Source: Phoronis australis
Lineage: Eukaryota; Animalia; Phoronida
Direction: 5' to 3'
DNA length: 64,000 nucleotides
NCBI GenBank assembly: GCA_002633005.1
Contig: NMRA01000086.1
Location: forward strand, 839,390 to 903,389
Part shown: positions 42,400 to 54,244 of the stretch, in pieces
Position numbering within the stretch: the first letter of the stretch is position 1
Layout of the letters: every line of letters begins with the position of its first letter
Notes under the pieces: generated by a model
Databases searched by the model: none
Told to the model about the DNA's origin: nothing
The model's input: only the letters and a program-made list of their open reading frames with translations
Position numbers and translations under genes: made by a program

Positions 42400-45300
42400 A
42401 TGAGTGACGAAATCAAAGGCGATGTGGACAAAGGTGCGAAGGTGTTTAGGACTAAGTGTGGCCAGTGTCATACTATAGAGAAAGGCAAGCCCCATAAGAC
42501 TGGGCCCAACCTTCATGGATTTATAGGGAAAGCTACGGGACAGGCACCAGGCTTCACATATACGGAAGCTAACAAAACCAAGGGTAGGTATCGGTACATA
42601 TAATTGGCTTCTGGTTAATATTCCTCATACTGAGACATTTTTTAGTTTTGTTTTATCAGTTTCTGTTGAGAGTTATGTTTGTTTAATGTACTAAGATTTC
42701 ATGGAGCTGAGAGAAAGTGAATTGACAACAACAAGTCGAGGGGAACTGATAATGTTGTTCTTTTTTAGGTATTGTGTGGAGCAGAGATACCCTAAATGTG
42801 TACTTGGAAAATCCGAAGAAATACATACCAGGTAAACTTTGTATTGTGTTTATTAGTAATCTGTTCCTTCCCATGTCAGACATAGTGCCCTGTCAGTGTC
42901 TGTTCTGATAATTGTGACTCTTTTACGCCTCTCTACCTTAAATACCAAAGTAGGTTAGAACCTTTCTGAAGCAGGGTTCTCCATGGGCTGTTGTAACAGT
43001 GCGCTGTGCCCTCTTTAATTGCAGCTGTCAAATTTGCACCGTCTTTAAATTTCCCTGCCCTCTTCCGCTTTGTCTTAATTTGTGTAGCCAAGACATGTTT
43101 ACCTGTACTCTTTTCAGTCTTAATTTGGTTTAAAAAAATCATTGTGTTGTGCAATATCTTCCTTTTGGTCTGTGCAGTTATAAGGTTTGATAGTGAAAGT
43201 TCCTTTCAAATTTATGTGCTTGTGACTTATGTAAGCGCCCCCCTATTCAACATTTCTTGACCCAAATGTATATGGACTAGCTCATTTCAAGTGCAGGGTT
43301 GGTTACTTAGTAGAAATACATACCAGGGTAACTGTAACAAAAGTTGTCAAACAAACACCTTGTGGCAGAATCACCTGTAAAACTCTCGAGCCTCTGTCTA
43401 GTCTTTTTCTTCTAAAACGTAAGGACAGGGACTGGGAAGTAATGGTGTACAGTATTAACTATATACCCTCTTCCTCCATAATGGACTAATCCAGCTGTGA
43501 TTTCCAGTGGTCAAATGTATCTTGTGTCTGGTAGTTGAGGCCAAAGGTTCAGAATCACTTAAAACACTTATGCAGGAATGCCTGAAAGAAACTTAAACAG
43601 TTGTAATGGATAAAAACATAATTTTTGTGTTGAGGGTTTGATAATGGGAATTATAGAAAAATTCTTCTCTTTACCATGCCAAGATCAAAAATATTGCTTT
43701 TTGGTATTCAGAGTTCTGTCATTTGTGCAATGATATATTTCGTAGAAAAAAGTCATGAACTCTAGAAACAAGCTCTTAATTTACACAAACATCTTGAGTC
43801 AATCAACCTCAATTTCTGAAGACGATCTCTTTGATAGCTGTTGGTCGTTGGCACGCGATTGTCCTACACAGTCTAGCATGGTTATGACCTCTTTTAATTT
43901 TGAGAAGTGTAGAACGCTGTTGAAGGTGGTGACTGTTCCAGACAACCTTGTGACCTGGACATGATTTTTGGGAGAGTCAAAATAACAGGAAGTAAGTGTA
44001 CAAAGGAACACATCTTGTTTTTAAGTGATTTGGGAGCTCTTTTCATACTTATAATGTAAAACAAGCCTCAACGCTAAGCACACAACTTGGCAAGTGCAAC
44101 TTGGCAAAATCCCCAGGTTGCCAAACAGAAACTGAGGTCACCAAAACCAAGAAAGCTGTATGGGGGTTATAAGAGCGCTGGCTTCTACAAACAAAGCATA
44201 GTTGGCAACAGCCAATATGCAAGAACTGGCAAAATCTGCAAATGTCTGCTGGAGCACACAAGATTTGTGGAGCCTTGGGTGCTTGGTAACTACCTTTTTC
44301 CCTCTCGCATCCAATATCCTGCACATGCTCACCTGAAGCGAAGGATTTTTACTTGTGCATGTCTCATGGGATTTTTACAAGGTCGCCAAAGAAAATCTGT
44401 GGTTGAATTGGGGGTCACCAAATTGTGAGCTCTTCAAAGGATTGTTAAATAAGAACTTCTCATTGTCAGTGGCTAAACAATTTAGCAATCAAGCAGTGGA
44501 GGTTATGACATTTAATCTAGTGAGTTTAAAGTGTTAAAAACCATCAGTGTCATAGTCTTGTTGGCATTATTGTTTGACATAGACCCCTGGGGACTTTGTG
44601 AACTTAAAAATTCTGGGACGTTTTCAATTGTATTGAATCTTAATTCAGGAGCCGTTTGTTATTCCCTCCGATGAAAGTACAATACTTGTGATGCATTGTA
44701 TGTTATCATCAAACAGAAAAGAAGGAAGATCTGACTCATGTAGCCTTTTGAAAAAAGTCGTGTCCTTACAATGCCTATTGGTGAGGGGATTTAACAATCC
44801 ATTGCATTCACAGTTAAATGCTGCAAGTGCCTGCGTTCTTGCCTGCTTCCATGAAATACATCCACCAGTGTCAGAATTTTTTTGACAAAAACCCAATTTG
44901 AGATTGAACCTAAAAATATCTAATGAACTCCTTGTTTCTTGAAAGAAGTATATTCACAGTCGCTTTAAAATAAGTTTTTGAGAAAAAAGACCTGTATCAG
45001 TGAACTTGATTCTTTTTGCTGGCTATTGCTTTCTGACATTGAAAGAAAAAAGGACCACAGCCTCTTTGAACCTTTTGTTGTCTCATCTGTAACAAACAGT
45101 GCCTGATCATGTAAACAATTATGAATGTGTAAATCTTGATCACAGACATTTTTCAGTCTGGTCACATCATATGACCTTACACAACCACAAATAATGAAAT
45201 GTCCAGGGCTTGGTTGCATAAAACTTCAAAATTATCTGCTGGATAAGTTTGATTGTTGCATGACGTCAGGTGCATTTTTGAACAATAACAATGTGACGCA

Positions 45301-46181
45301 AGATAATGCAACGTTATTGTTACTGTACGGCGTACAACTTTTATGCAACTGGGCCCAGGTGTACTGGTCATTCGTGCTACTACGTCACTCCGGACAGCCA
45401 ATAACTCATTAGTTGTTCTTGTTCTTCCAGAGTTTGTGTTACGTAATATCTGTTTCTCAAGTCTCATCTCATGCTCAAAAAGGATGGTTTTTAACACTTC
45501 CAAGCAGGCCTTTATCCAGGATTTCGAAAATAGGGTGTCCAAAATGGGGTTCCCAATATTCCAGAGTGTCTATGATTCCGACGCGTAACCCCCCACTCCC
45601 AGCAATCCCGCCAAACACACAGATTTTTTTCAAAAAATGCACAGACCAAGGTTTTTACATCCAAGTTTACAAAGCATCCTTCTGTAGTGAGCATTTTTAC
45701 TAAAAAAACTGTGTAGACAAGAGTTTTACAAAGCTATCAACCAAGTGTGAGCATAGCAACATTGTATATACTTTGTATATGCATTGTATATTTCTTCCTG
45801 CCTTGAAATAAGAGCCACCACTGTGAGTCTTCATAGGCTTCCTAGTAATCATTACAATGTGTGTGTCCAAACTTGAAAGGTTCCTATCGATAGTGGGTGT
45901 CCTAATGATATATTGGGCGTCCTTGCCAGGGCATCCATATTAGTGCTAGGGTGTCCATTTGGACGCCCAGGACGTACGCTGCATAAAGGCCTGCTTCAAA
46001 GTGGTTCTGCTTATTTCTGGGTTTTGAATTCATGTGAATTTATAGGTCTCCATGTTTGTAGTTATTGTTTATCTTAATTGTGGAATTCTTTTTCATAGGA
46101 ACGAAGATGGTTTTTGCTGGAATAAAGAAAAAGCAAGAGAGATACGATCTGATTGAGTATCTGGTGAAAGCTTCAAGTTAG
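42400..46181 (+). CDS. CYCS: Cytochrome c paralog A (109 aa)
   Basis: Exons 42400-42583, 42769-42831 and 46099-46181, joined by phase-1 GT-AG introns: [25 protein letters not shown]...GPNLHG...[53 protein letters not shown]. The CxxCH heme motif and Met80 are present. Confidence 0.96.
45206..45356. mobile_element. Short TIR element (Harbinger-like termini); second copy at about 61022-61171
   Basis: TIRs GGGCTTGGTTGCATAAAA and TTTTATGCAACTGGGCCC. The internal ctggataagtttgattgttgcatgacgtcaggtgcatt is identical in both copies. Confidence 0.65.
45505..45993 (+). mobile_element. hAT-like MITE with 8-bp TSD, copy 1
   Basis: TIRs CAGGCCTTTAT and ATAAAGGCCTG; TSD CTTCCAAG/CTTCAAAG. It is highly similar to the reverse complement of 47819-48237. 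Confidence 0.85.
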
Positions 46182-47818
46182 CTTCACTGCCTGACATTGT
46201 AAATGACAACTTATGTGTATATGACATTGATGAAAGTTTTTTCTTGTATTTTTGTGATACTGGGAACAGTTCTGGGAGAAATACACATGTATTAGGTATG
46301 TAATGAAAGTATTGTATGATTTATGCCGCGGAAACTCGCCTAGTTTTATTAAAACTACTCAATCAGAAAACATGACTTTTGGTTTCCGAATTTCGAAGCC
46401 ACTTGAGTCAGATCATTTTTAGATTATGTTTGACTTCTTCAGTGCAACGTGTTATTGCGAAAAGAAATCTGAGCCACAGTACTGTGATTTCTTAAGAAAC
46501 ACAGAAATAATGTTTTGTTTCCTGCATAAATGTAAATATGTGAGCTTGGTATTTTTATTCTGAATTCAAGTTTAATAATAAAAGTCTTTTCCATAATATA
46601 AATACTGCTATCTTGTATGTCAGTATCTGAAAATCCTTGTAATACAGTTAAGATCTGGTAGAAAAGTTGGGAAGTCCGAAATGAAAATATCCTTTCTGCC
46701 TTTTTGAAATTAGAAAGAAACACGTTTGGTCTACTTTGTATCTCTGATTTTGAGAAGGATAAAAATGCGCTTGTTTGCGAAGAAATAGGAAATTATCTTC
46801 TCGCTCATAATTTTGTTAGCTATTTTGAAACGCCTACCTTTGTTTGATTTTTTAATAGTACTTATGTCTGTTGTGTGCTGTGTGATTATTTTCACTTGGT
46901 ATTGTTGGCTGACTTGTAGATGCACATACTGCAGATGATCCTTTGATGTGTTTCTTATTTTTGCCATTATCAAATCGTCGTTTTCTTGATCTACCAAATT
47001 TTTTATTGTAAACTGTCGTAAACAATATATTAGTTATTCAGGAGACATCATATTAACTTGTGAATGTGGTTGAAAAGATGTATCTTTATTCAATTAATTA
47101 ATGTTTGTGTTTTTTATGTAATAAACAAATCTAAGAAGTATTTTGTCTTGATTTTTTATGTAGTCAAGTTCTATAAAAATGTTGGTTTTATGGCAAGAAA
47201 ATATGCTGTTAAACAGTTACGATTTGTGAAATTCAGTTTAAACTGGCAGTCACAAACGTGATTTATTTTTTAGTTAAAAATTGCATTTTGCTGTGTTTAG
47301 TAGGCTAAAACGAAAATCGAATTGACCCTTTTACTGGTATTAAATTGGTTTTGTATTATTCCTTACTGTGGTGAGGTTCTATTTCCGTTGTCAACAAGAA
47401 AATCAAAACCATCAATGACTCAAGAAATTGCTTCAGTTATTGAGGTTGGCTAATCATAAATTGCTTCAGTTATTGAGGTTGCATTGCCTGTATTGGAAAT
47501 GGAATTCTATCATGTTGAGGAATATCTACCTGATTTAATAAGAGTGAATACCTTATTAGATTTTCACATCTTAGCCAGCTAGAGGGAGAAGTGCAACTCA
47601 AATTAAACTTGCTGTTCCATATTGTTTCGTTCAATTCGTCAGTGAAGTGTTTTCGTGTACATACAATTTTATTCAGTTAGCCACCGTGTCCTGTAACTGG
47701 ACCGCAACAAGTGTTGCATTGTGTGTGTATTGTGTAAGTTAGTGCTGTATTCCTCTCATCTCTTGCTGTGATCCCTCTGTGTCAGATTTCTCTCGTGTTA
47801 CATACTACTAGCTGTGAG

Positions 47819-48237
47819 CAGGCCTTTATGCAGCGGACGTCCTGGGCGTCTAAATGGACACCCTAGCACTAATATGGATGCCCTGGCAAGGACGCCCAAT
47901 GTATCATTTGGACTCCCACTATCAACAAGAACCTCTCAAGTTTGGACATGCACATTGTAATGATTACTAGGAAGCCTATAGACTCACAGTGGTGGCTTTA
48001 TTTTCAAAGCAGGAAGAAATATACAATGTATATACAAAGTGTATACAATGTTGCTGTGCTCACACTTGGTTGATAGCATTGTAAAAACCTTGGTCTATGC
48101 AATTTTTGGTAAAAAAATCTGTGTGTTTGAGGGGGATTGCTGGGATGGGGGGGTTACGCGTCAGAATCATGGACGCCCTGGGATATTGGGAACCCCATTT
48201 TGGACACCCTATTATCGAAATCCTGGATAAAGGCCTG
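47819..48237 (-). mobile_element. hAT-like MITE with 8-bp TSD, copy 2 in inverted orientation
   Basis: Same TIRs as copy 1, with a perfect TSD GCTGTGAG/GCTGTGAG. Confidence 0.88.
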
Positions 48238-49201
48238 GCTGTGAGCAGTCAAGTCACATTGTGCTCTGAGGATGTGCTCTCCATTACTAGTGTCTCCCAG
48301 GACATGCACTCGTTCCTATTTTTACGGGTGTTTTTTAGTATAATTTGTCATGGGGAATGCAGCTGTTTCACTGCCGCGTCCTGTGTGATAGTATGGTAAC
48401 CGTTCTACAATTTCGCACAAAATAAAATGATTACTTTTTTCAGGAAGCAAGGTGTATGAAATAAGTAGAATGTCCAGAAATATTGTAATTATGATGTGCT
48501 AATTGAAAGAAAGTAAAAAATATGTGAATTCTTAGAATTGTCCACTTAATTATCTTTGGAAGTGGGTCTGTCCCTGGAGTCGATTTTAGTTTGGATGGTG
48601 TTGTCCAGACCATCTCAATGCACGTAATTCAATGTAAATGGCACACTAAATTGACGTGTAGATGGAAATATATCCCTTCAGCTGACCATGTGCAAATTAA
48701 TAGGAAGGTAAAATACTGTTTTTGTTAAATAATTTTGGGTGTGCTAACAGGTACAATGTGCTAAATTGTAGACCAGTCATTGTAAAATGGCTAGGAAGGA
48801 TAAGTTGTGAGCATTCAAGCGCCACATAGCATCAGGTTCATATTACCTTGTATTGTTTGTGTGCATTCTAGTTGAGTGTTGGTGTGTTACTTTCAGTAGA
48901 AATGGAAAACAAAGCTGTTACTATGCAAGATTTGTTAAAATGGTTTAGCACTTTTTGTGCTGCTCTTCCGTATGATAACTCTGATGGTATTTGATTACAC
49001 CAGTGGTGCTAAGTGGGTCTCAAGGTAACTTGTGGGACAATAAAGTAAGCCATCACTTGTCTTTGAGACGTATTTTGAATACATCTGTGAACATTGTATG
49101 ACATGACAGTAACAGTGCAGTGTCGTTTTTCATTGCGTGGGAAAAGGGATTCACTTGAATGATCTTTTCATTAAACTGACATTTTTTGTTTCAGAACAAA
49201 A

Positions 49202-52200
49202 ATGGGAAAAAAAGATAGTGGTGAAATACCTGCTGGAGATGCTACCAAGGGAGCTAAGGTGTTCAAGCAGAAGTGTTCACAGTGCCACACTGTGGAAGCG
49301 GGTGGAAAACACAAAGTGGGTCCCAATCTCAGTGGTTTGATAGGAAGGAAGACTGGTCAAATGGCTGGCTTCAGCTACACTGAGGCTAACAAGAGCAAAG
49401 GTATTGTCTTAGCCCGACATTGGATGTGAGACTGGTACTGCTAAGGTAGTTGGGTGGTTAGGTAGTACAAGTCAAGCTTGGCTGTCATGCCTGATGCAAT
49501 ACCGTAGCCTGTTGTAATTTGTCACAATTCTGCTCTATCATATAGTGGGACTGAGACTTTTTTAAGTGTTTATTATGAAATATTCAGTACAATAAATATA
49601 CTTACCCAGAGAGCGCCAAGAGGTATTGTATCTGGGTTAAATACATACAAGGAAATATATACAGTGGGACTGAGACTTGACAAGATGTTGCTATGTTTGA
49701 CTTATTCTTGGAATTTTAACAAAGCATTCTTATGTCAAGACTGTCAAGTGTATACCCGGAAGTGACTCAATATCAGAAGTCGTCGTCGTCTTTGTTTGCT
49801 CTAAGAAGTTCCCTAGTGCTCAGCTAAATATTCTGGTTTCAAGTTTCGATACCGCCACTTTATTTGCTGAATGTCCTTTTGTAAAGAAAACAATATCGTA
49901 GTGTTACCATTGTCAGTCCTCAAAAGTTAGGAGCAAATTTGAAAAATCCTGACTAAGTATGCTAAACCAACAAGTGTGACCTTCCCAACTTAATTAGCTG
50001 GAGAATGTCGTGCAGTTGTCAGATTTGATTTGATCACCAAAATAAGGTTTGGTGTCCTGTTAAGTTCGAATTTCCTTAGTGGATCTTCATGAAATTGATG
50101 TATGCATTCCCATTGATGGAGTATGATTGTGACTGCTGTGGCATTGCCTAGTGACAATTGACCTATCGCTAGTTCCACCCCATTTCGAAAAGTTTTACCT
50201 GACAATGAGTTGTTTGACGGTTAAATTGGTGGCTTGGAAACAAAGGTGTGTCAAGAATGCTGCATTCTGATTTGGTCAGTTAAGCTGTCACTCAAAATCC
50301 TGGCGATTGGTCAATTTAAGTTTTCCTTGCATATGCGTCTACATCTGCTAAGTTCTGTAACAGATGTTTGGCAAATCATTAGCAAAATTTCTATGAGTGA
50401 AATCGCACAATCATTGCTGAAATGTTTCTTGTATTCGCAGGTATCACTTGGGCCCGTGACACATTGTGGATATACCTAGAGAACCCAGCCAAATACATCC
50501 CAGGTATGCATTTCATACTGTTGAAATAGGCTGTGCATGTAGTTGGACGTTCAACTAAGAATTAAAGGGACGTTATTGGTTACACGGCTAAAAAACTCAT
50601 TTTTTTGATTATTGCTGAACGGAATAGACTTACTGAAGCTATTATACTTGACCATTCTGTTATTGCGATTTTTATTACAAATCGCTAATTCCTGTTGTTA
50701 CCTGCCAGAAATTCGCTGAAATCAAGGTCAGTTAAACGTGCCATATATCGTGTGAGACTTAGTTTCGGCAGGAGATTGTTAGGCTGTGACAGCAGGGGTG
50801 GCAGGTTCCAATCTGTATTGAGGTTCATCTCAGAAAATAACTTCTATCTGATAATGTTCCTTTAAAAACTTACACTTTGCTCTCGTGCCAACTGATTAAA
50901 GTCTGTAAAATTAAATATTCAAATTCAGTTCTGTTTGTCGATGCAAATTTTGATTTTTCATTAAAAAACAGCAAAGTCCCAATTTTCATTTGCTCACTGT
51001 GCAAAAATGAAACATTGTAAAAACTATTCCTAGTGAAAGAGTGTAAACATCATAGTGTTGTAAAGTATCATTGGAGTCCAACCAGGTATTTCTGATAGAT
51101 GGTGTTCCAAAGTTCGCTTTGATACATCTTAATGCCTTGCTAATTTGCATTTGTTAGTCTGCCTGTTAGTTAGTATATCAAACATGGTCCAATGATGGAG
51201 AACTCCAGGGTCAGTCTTCAACATTATTTCAGAATACACTGTCACCTCTTTCTCTACCATCATGTCTGGCCCTTTCAATGTTGAACAAGGCGGTGACAAC
51301 ATTTTTAACAAGTTATGTTTACTGCTAAAAATCTGCATCTACTGGTTGATGAAATGGAAAGATTTAATGTAGATGATATTCTTTTACAAACCTGTGCCAC
51401 AGAATCAGCTGTTGATTTGGACCACTTACAGTTGTGAAATTGATCTCAAGTTGTATTGAGTTGATCTCTCAGCTTGGGAAAATGACAGTCCCTTATCGCT
51501 TCAGACAAATTGGTTTGTTACAGTGGGTCTCTTTGTTTGCCGAGCATGGTCTTTAGCGCTAATAAAGCGTCACTTTTCATCCTAGATAGGATCAAGTTGT
51601 GATCAAAAGTTAGTTTCTTTGGGGAATGGAGGAATATATCCACTTTATGGAACTACATATTCACTTAATTTTGTAAAGTATTATCCTGCAAGGATCTGAA
51701 AAAGCTTCATTCCTTGCTGTGCGACATTTCATGCCAAAATTTTCTCAATCTTTTCTAGTGGTAATAACTTAATATTGACCATTTCCAGCAACGATAACTG
51801 AACTGCACAAACGTTAAGTTAACTCGCACAAAGATCTACATTACTTGTTGTAGTTGGCTAAGTGGCACTCCTAAAGTATTCTAACAAAATAACCCGGAAT
51901 TCCCCCGTCATGACGGCTGAGCTGAAGCCAAATTCATCGTCAGTAGTCTTCCCTCATGGCCGAGAATGAAGCGGAATTAATGGGAAAGTTACTTAGGTGG
52001 CTGAGCCATTCTGTTATTAGAATGTAGTCACCCTAATCATTGTTACCAGACTTTTTGCAGTTAACAAAATTAGCCATCATGGCAGGGGAACGGTATTTTT
52101 GTGGATTATTTTTGTCTTGCACTGTACATGGCCAATTGATTACTTTTGTCTTGCACTGTATGTAGGTAACCAAGACTGCATTTTATGCTTCGAGGATTAT

Positions 52201-52577
52201 TATAATTTTAAGCTTAAAGGACCATTAAACATAGTCTGAAGAAATAGCAAACAGTCTGTTCATTCTGATCCCAGAGATCACTGTTAAACTAAGTTGGGAA
52301 CTAGATGGCCAATTTTATAATGCCAGGTGGCATAAATCAAAACATGTTTTTGAGAGAAAACACATTTCAAGGGTGCTTAAATCCACAGGTGGATTATTAT
52401 TCCAATTCCAAGTTTAATTCACCTGTCAATTATAGTAGTCTTGGTTTCACCCATTGTTTTATGAGGAAATTACACACTAAATGTGTTGCAGGTACAAAGA
52501 TGGTGTTTGCTGGAATCAAGAAGAAGAATGAAAGAGCAGACTTAATCGCATACCTGGAGGAGAACTGCAGCAAGTGA
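49202..52577 (+). CDS. CYCS: Cytochrome c paralog B (115 aa, N-terminal extension, Ala at position 72)
   Basis: Exons 49202-49400, 50441-50503 and 52492-52577: [43 protein letters not shown]...[54 protein letters not shown]. Confidence 0.96.
50155..50315. mobile_element. Short TIR element; second copy at about 59201-59379
   Basis: Ends are AATTGACCTATCGC and GCGATTGGTCAATT. The segment cagttaagctgtcactcaaaatcctggcgat is shared with 59340-59370. Confidence 0.6.
50562..50865. mobile_element. TTAA-flanked, Kolobok-like MITE
   Basis: TTAA-AGGGACGTTAT at the left end and ATAATGTTCCT-TTAA at the right form imperfect TIRs with purine-purine termini. Confidence 0.55.
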
Positions 52578-54011
52578 TGTCAGTCAAGTCTAGGACCACT
52601 TCATCAGTCGTTGTCATAGTTACTGCCGAATGACGTTTAGTTTTGGTCACCCTATCTTTCAGTTTGTAATGTCTGCTCAACAATATTTTGGTCATTTATG
52701 GACTCCATTGCACTTCGTGTGGGATGCATCATGCAGTCGGGTTAATTCATGATAGTGGTTGTGCAGGTTTTATTCTAACGTTAGTGATGTTGGAGTTTTA
52801 AAATTTGTGCTGTGTACAGTGTCGTTTCTACCCTAGATGTATGCGATTTTATTTAGGAATACAGTATTTCAGGAGTGTTGAGACGTGATAGAACTTGAGA
52901 TTCAGTGGTGATGGATTTGTTGTGTGTTATTTATTAAAGTAGACAGATTGTATTGAAGTGTCCATATGAATAAATTATGCAAGGAGTTGATTTTGTCAAG
53001 TCTACTTGCACTGACCTTTTGTGAATGTGGCTTTAATCTCAACAGTAATGCTTTACAAACAATGCATTATCTAGCCAGACAATATACCATTCATGCAGCC
53101 CCGCAGCCAGTCATTCAAAAAAACAATTTCCACTTCTGAAATTTCAGGCTCTGCCACTGTGATGGAGCATCTCAGAATGCTCATTCTTAGCCAAGAGCCT
53201 TCAAAAAATTCATCTACATTCATTGCTGTGTTGAACATCAAGCATTGTGTGAACATTATTTAATGGTTTTCGTTTGTTGGTAATACAAATCTGGATTTAA
53301 ATTTGTTACCAGAATAAGTATTTCATAGAGCAAGGTTCTTGGCAAATGGAAAATTGCTGTTTTACTTGAAGCAAGTCTCTTGCAGAAACACTTTACATCA
53401 ATTTTACTATTTCCAGAACAGAAGAGTTTCATGAACGACTTGGGAGACATCACTAAAACAGGAATATTTCATAAAATTATTAACAACCCTACCTGCATTT
53501 GCATTTTTTTACTGGCAATTCATTTAGCTGGGGATCGGGGTCTTTGAACTCTAAATATTTTTTGTCATTTTCTAACTTCACTGTTCTTGAATACATTGTG
53601 ATTAATGCATTCAAGTTTCTAGTCTTAAGTTCACACCTGATGACCCCAACTTCGAGCTACACACTCCGGTAAAAACTTGAAAATCCACGTTCACAGGCAA
53701 CTTTTAGCCTTAGTGCTGGGATCAGGTGCAAACTAAGATTAGACCGTCGAGTTACACAAGGTAGTATGTATTCCTGCATAAAATACTAATGTAGAGTTCA
53801 CTCAAAAGCAGTAGTCAAAAATACATAAAAAGATTACACCCCAGTCCCCTACGTTTTGTTGTGTTCAACTTCGGTGACCATTTTACTTGGTGCACTGCAA
53901 ATTTGAAAGTTATACTTAAAGTTCCATATTGTAATTCAGGTCATTTTGAAAACATTCCATTTGGCCTACATGTGGAATAAGCATCACTTGGCAATAAGTT
54001 CAATCTAGCAT

Positions 54012-54104
54012 CAGGGGCGGATCCAGGATTTTGAGTTGGGGGGGGATCTGGGAGAATTTGGGCGGTGGCATGGCTCCCTTGCCCACAACCCAAATCTGCC
54101 ACTG
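54012..54104. mobile_element. Short MITE of the same family, just upstream of cytochrome c paralog C
   Basis: Ends are CAGGGGCGGATCCAGG and CAAATCTGCCACTG; flanks are AGCAT/AGCCT. Confidence 0.75.
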
Positions 54105-54244
54105 AGCCTAATTTGTGCTCAAATTCCTTTCATGAAGTTTTCAATATAAAAAATAGGATAAGACTACCTTAAGTCCGAACTCAAGATCATTCACTGAGTG
54201 AAGACCTCTTTAAAGACCAGTGTTCTGTTATGTTCAGGTGCATT

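Noticed and set aside
43700-47000. Short coding-like ORFs on the minus strand (also at 53071-53453 and 56488-56829), suggesting an antisense gene or decayed element
   Set aside because: I found no recognisable motif, many stops, and no consistent splice chain. A translated search would be needed.
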